From assembly GCA_937958885.1 (NCBI GenBank), contig CALGMT010000047.1:24931-88930 (forward strand): 64,000 nt of DNA, read 5' to 3'. Shown here one piece after another: positions 61,708 to 64,000 of the stretch; the stretch's first letter is position 1, and each line of letters starts with the position of its first letter. Origin of the DNA: an uncultured bacterium. Lineage in GTDB: Bacteria > Verrucomicrobiota > Kiritimatiellia > CAIVKH01. The position numbers were made by a program, and so were the translations under genes. The notes beneath the pieces were generated by a model, which did no database searches, had not been told where the DNA came from, and was given only the letters and a program-made list of their open reading frames with translations.

Positions 61708-62757
61708 ATGCTCGACACGGACCTGAACGAAATCGCCGACGGCATTCGCGACCTCGCGCCTGAGCTCGAGGGACGACACCTGCTGCTCACCGGCGGACGC
61801 GGCTTTCTCGGCCGCTATTTTACCGCCGCCCTTGCGCGTCTGAACGCGGACGTGTTCGCCAAGCCGATGACGATCGACGTGGTGGACAACCTCATCACCG
61901 CGGGCGCGGAAGGCAGCCGCGATGAGAACCCGCCTCATACGTCGTTCATCCGGCACGACATCACGCAGCCGCTCGAACTGCGGCGAACGCCGGACTTCAT
62001 CCTCCATGCCGCCGGCATCGCGAGCCCCTTCTATTATCGCGCCTATCCGCTCGAAACACTGGAAGTCGCGGTGACCGGCACGCGGCGCATGCTCGAACTC
62101 GCCCGCGAGGCGCGCGCGCGCATCCTATTTTTCAGCTCCAGCGAAATTTACGGCGATCCCGATCCGCGCGCGGTCCCGATCCTTGAAAGCTATCGGGGCA
62201 ACGTTTCGTGCCAGGGCCCGCGCGCATGCTACGACGAAAGCAAGCGGCTCGGCGAAACATTGTGCTACATCTTCCACGATCGATTCGGCGTCTCCGTGAG
62301 CACCGTCCGCCCGTTCAATGTGTATGGACCGGGCATGCAGGAGAGCGACTATCGCGTCCTCCCCAATTTCGCGAGCCGCCTGAAGGCGCGGCAGCCGCTG
62401 CATGTGTACGGGCGCGGGAATCAGACCCGGACCTTCTGCTATGTCACCGACGCAATTATCGGCTTCATTCGCGCATTGGTGAAAGGCGTCCCCGGCGAGG
62501 CGTACAACATCGGCAACCCGGAACCCGAGGTTTCCATGCTGGACCTCGTGAAGGAAATCGAGGCAGTGCTTGGTCGGCCTGTCGATTACACGCTCGCGAC
62601 CTATCCCGACAGCTACCCCGCCGACGAGCCGCAGCGGCGCTGTCCCGACATTCGCAAGGCGCGGCTCCAACTCGGATACCATCCGCGTATTCCGCTTCGC
62701 GAAGGACTGCGCCGCTTCCTTGGATGGGCGGATGGAATCTACACGGGCAAACTGTGA
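61708..62757 (+). CDS. NAD-dependent sugar-nucleotide dehydratase/decarboxylase (extended SDR, UXS/RmlB-like)
   Basis: Motifs LLTGGRGFLGRY, SSSEIYGDP and YDESKRLGE (YxxxK). Confidence 0.85.
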   Translation: MLDTDLNEIADGIRDLAPELEGRHLLLTGGRGFLGRYFTAALARLNADVFAKPMTIDVVDNLITAGAEGSRDENPPHTSFIRHDITQPLELRRTPDFILHAAGIASPFYYRAYPLETLEVAVTGTRRMLELAREARARILFFSSSEIYGDPDPRAVPILESYRGNVSCQGPRACYDESKRLGETLCYIFHDRFGVSVSTVRPFNVYGPGMQESDYRVLPNFASRLKARQPLHVYGRGNQTRTFCYVTDAIIGFIRALVKGVPGEAYNIGNPEPEVSMLDLVKEIEAVLGRPVDYTLATYPDSYPADEPQRRCPDIRKARLQLGYHPRIPLREGLRRFLGWADGIYTGKL

Positions 62758-63680
62758 GCGCCGGCCCGCTGCGCGTCGGGCTCATCGGCGCCGGGCGCTG
62801 GGCGCCCGCGTTCATCCGCACGCTGCATAACCTGCCCGAATGGCAGCTCATCCGCATCGCCCGCGCGCGGGCGCGCCCGGTCCCGGAGGTTTCGGATTCC
62901 GTGGAAATTGCGACCGACTGGCGGCGCGTGGCGGAAGCCGATGATCTCGACGCCGCAATCATTTCAACGCCGCCGCATCTGCACGCCGAAATGACCGCCG
63001 CCTGCATCCGATCCGGCCTCCCTGTGCTGGTCGAAAAACCGTTGACCCTTTCCTCCGACGAGGCCCGCGAGCTGGTCGCGCTGGCGGAGGCGCGCCAGGC
63101 GGTCGTCTTCGTCGATCACATCAACCTGTTCAATCCGGCCTTTCGCGCCGTGCGCGATGCCGTGCGCGGGCGCGCGCCGCTGCACATCGAATCGGAGGCT
63201 GGCGCTACGCCGGACCTGCCAATCCACGACTACAGCGTTTTGTGGGACTGGGGCTCGCACGACGTCGCCATGGCGCTCACACTGACGGACGGCCGAATGC
63301 CATCCGCAGTCGCCGCGCAACGCGTCGCCACCGGACCTGAAGGGCGTGAATTGATCGAATTCACGCTGACCTTCGATAACGGCACCCACAGCCGGCACGT
63401 GGTCGGCAATCTCTGGCCCGAGCGCCGGCGCGCGCTCACGGTCCGGCACGAGGACGAAGCGTGGCGCTTCGACGATCTGGCGGACCGGAAATTCGCCCAC
63501 ACGCGGGGCAAACGAATTGAGTTCCCCCCCGTATCCGGCGACGCGCCGCTTTCGGTAGCGCTCGCGGAATTCGCGCGCGCGGTCCGGGCAGGGGGTCCTC
63601 ATATCGACCAACTGCGCCTCGGCGCCCATGTGGTGGACGTGCTCGCCCGCTGCGAAGCGGCGCTGGGCAATAGCCCCTAA
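62754..63680 (+). CDS. Gfo/Idh/MocA-family oxidoreductase
   Basis: Rossmann motif LRVGLIGAGRWA; also ISTPPHLHAEM and VLVEKPL. GTG 62754 overlaps the upstream stop (GTGA). Confidence 0.8.
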   Translation: MSAGPLRVGLIGAGRWAPAFIRTLHNLPEWQLIRIARARARPVPEVSDSVEIATDWRRVAEADDLDAAIISTPPHLHAEMTAACIRSGLPVLVEKPLTLSSDEARELVALAEARQAVVFVDHINLFNPAFRAVRDAVRGRAPLHIESEAGATPDLPIHDYSVLWDWGSHDVAMALTLTDGRMPSAVAAQRVATGPEGRELIEFTLTFDNGTHSRHVVGNLWPERRRALTVRHEDEAWRFDDLADRKFAHTRGKRIEFPPVSGDAPLSVALAEFARAVRAGGPHIDQLRLGAHVVDVLARCEAALGNSP

Positions 63681-64000
63681 GTAAGGGCCGCTGACCCGGC
63701 GGTGCGACGGGTAATTGGGATGCAGACCAGCGCAAGCAAGAGGCCTGCAAACTGAACGACGAGCAACCCGGACGGCGGACGATGCTCCAATTCGACGGTA
63801 TGAATGCCCGGCGGCACCAAAACGCCAATAAAAATATGGTCGCATCGAATGACCGCAGCGGGCTTCCCATTGATCCTCGCGCGCCAGTAAGGGGTGTACT
63901 TGTCGCTGGCCCGCAGCACCGCCGTCTGCTCCGCAGCCACGCGCAGGCGGGCCTTCCCGCTCTCTATCTGCAGTATTTCAACAGCTCCAAACAGACCCAA
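63677..64000 (-). CDS. C-terminal fragment of a membrane protein (YfhO/GT-C-like C-terminus); the 5' part lies beyond the window
   Basis: Pattern SDKYTPYWRARINGKPAAVIRCDHIFIGVLVPPGIHTVELEHRP followed by a final TM helix. Frame is open to nt 64000. Confidence 0.6.
   Translation of the reverse strand: MGLFGAVEILQIESGKARLRVAAEQTAVLRASDKYTPYWRARINGKPAAVIRCDHIFIGVLVPPGIHTVELEHRPPSGLLVVQFAGLLLALVCIPITRRTAGSAALT

Overview
High-GC, very gene-dense bacterial chromosome segment. Gene content hints at a PVC-group organism (Verrucomicrobia/Planctomycetes-like), but I cannot verify this without a database. I call about 58 protein genes and one tRNA (Asn-GTT). I found no rRNA, CRISPR array, prophage, transposase or recognisable defence system.

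Most of the window is core metabolism and housekeeping:
- Nucleoside salvage: deoA-PNP-cdd.
- Stand-alone trpB2, aspC, and a tandem-domain NDK-like gene.
- lipA followed by an acyltransferase and a GT2 glycosyltransferase; tadA.
- pepA-purC-xerD-rnc, and nadB-nadC-nadA.
- Agmatine-to-putrescine pathway (aguB-aguA), and hsp20-lon.
- A long minus-strand chain: GT2-fmt, aroB-hyp-dprA, topA-xerC, then a TIM-barrel sugar isomerase, then waaA-NUDIX.

Two sugar loci stand out:
- A glucosylglycerate/mannosylglucosylglycerate-type compatible-solute locus (gpgS, a GT4, a GH13_18 phosphorylase).
- An NDP-sugar tailoring cluster with a C-methyltransferase.

Features outside the core gene set:
- Two diverged, oppositely oriented copies of a 232-255 bp MITE-like element with 16-bp GGGG-terminated inverted repeats and 5-bp target duplications.
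- A small low-GC islet encoding an orphan OmpR-type regulator with a degenerate receiver domain.
- A repeat-dense, AT-richer stretch of about 360 bp within the aspC-trpB2 spacer.
- A (GATYYC)n hexanucleotide tract upstream of topA.

At least 15 gene pairs share 4-nt ATGA/GTGA start/stop overlaps. Many long antisense ORFs in the track are GC artefacts.

I did not find a convincing multi-gene novel system. The best leads are ranked in the findings, and all functional calls rest on motif recognition by eye, not on searches.
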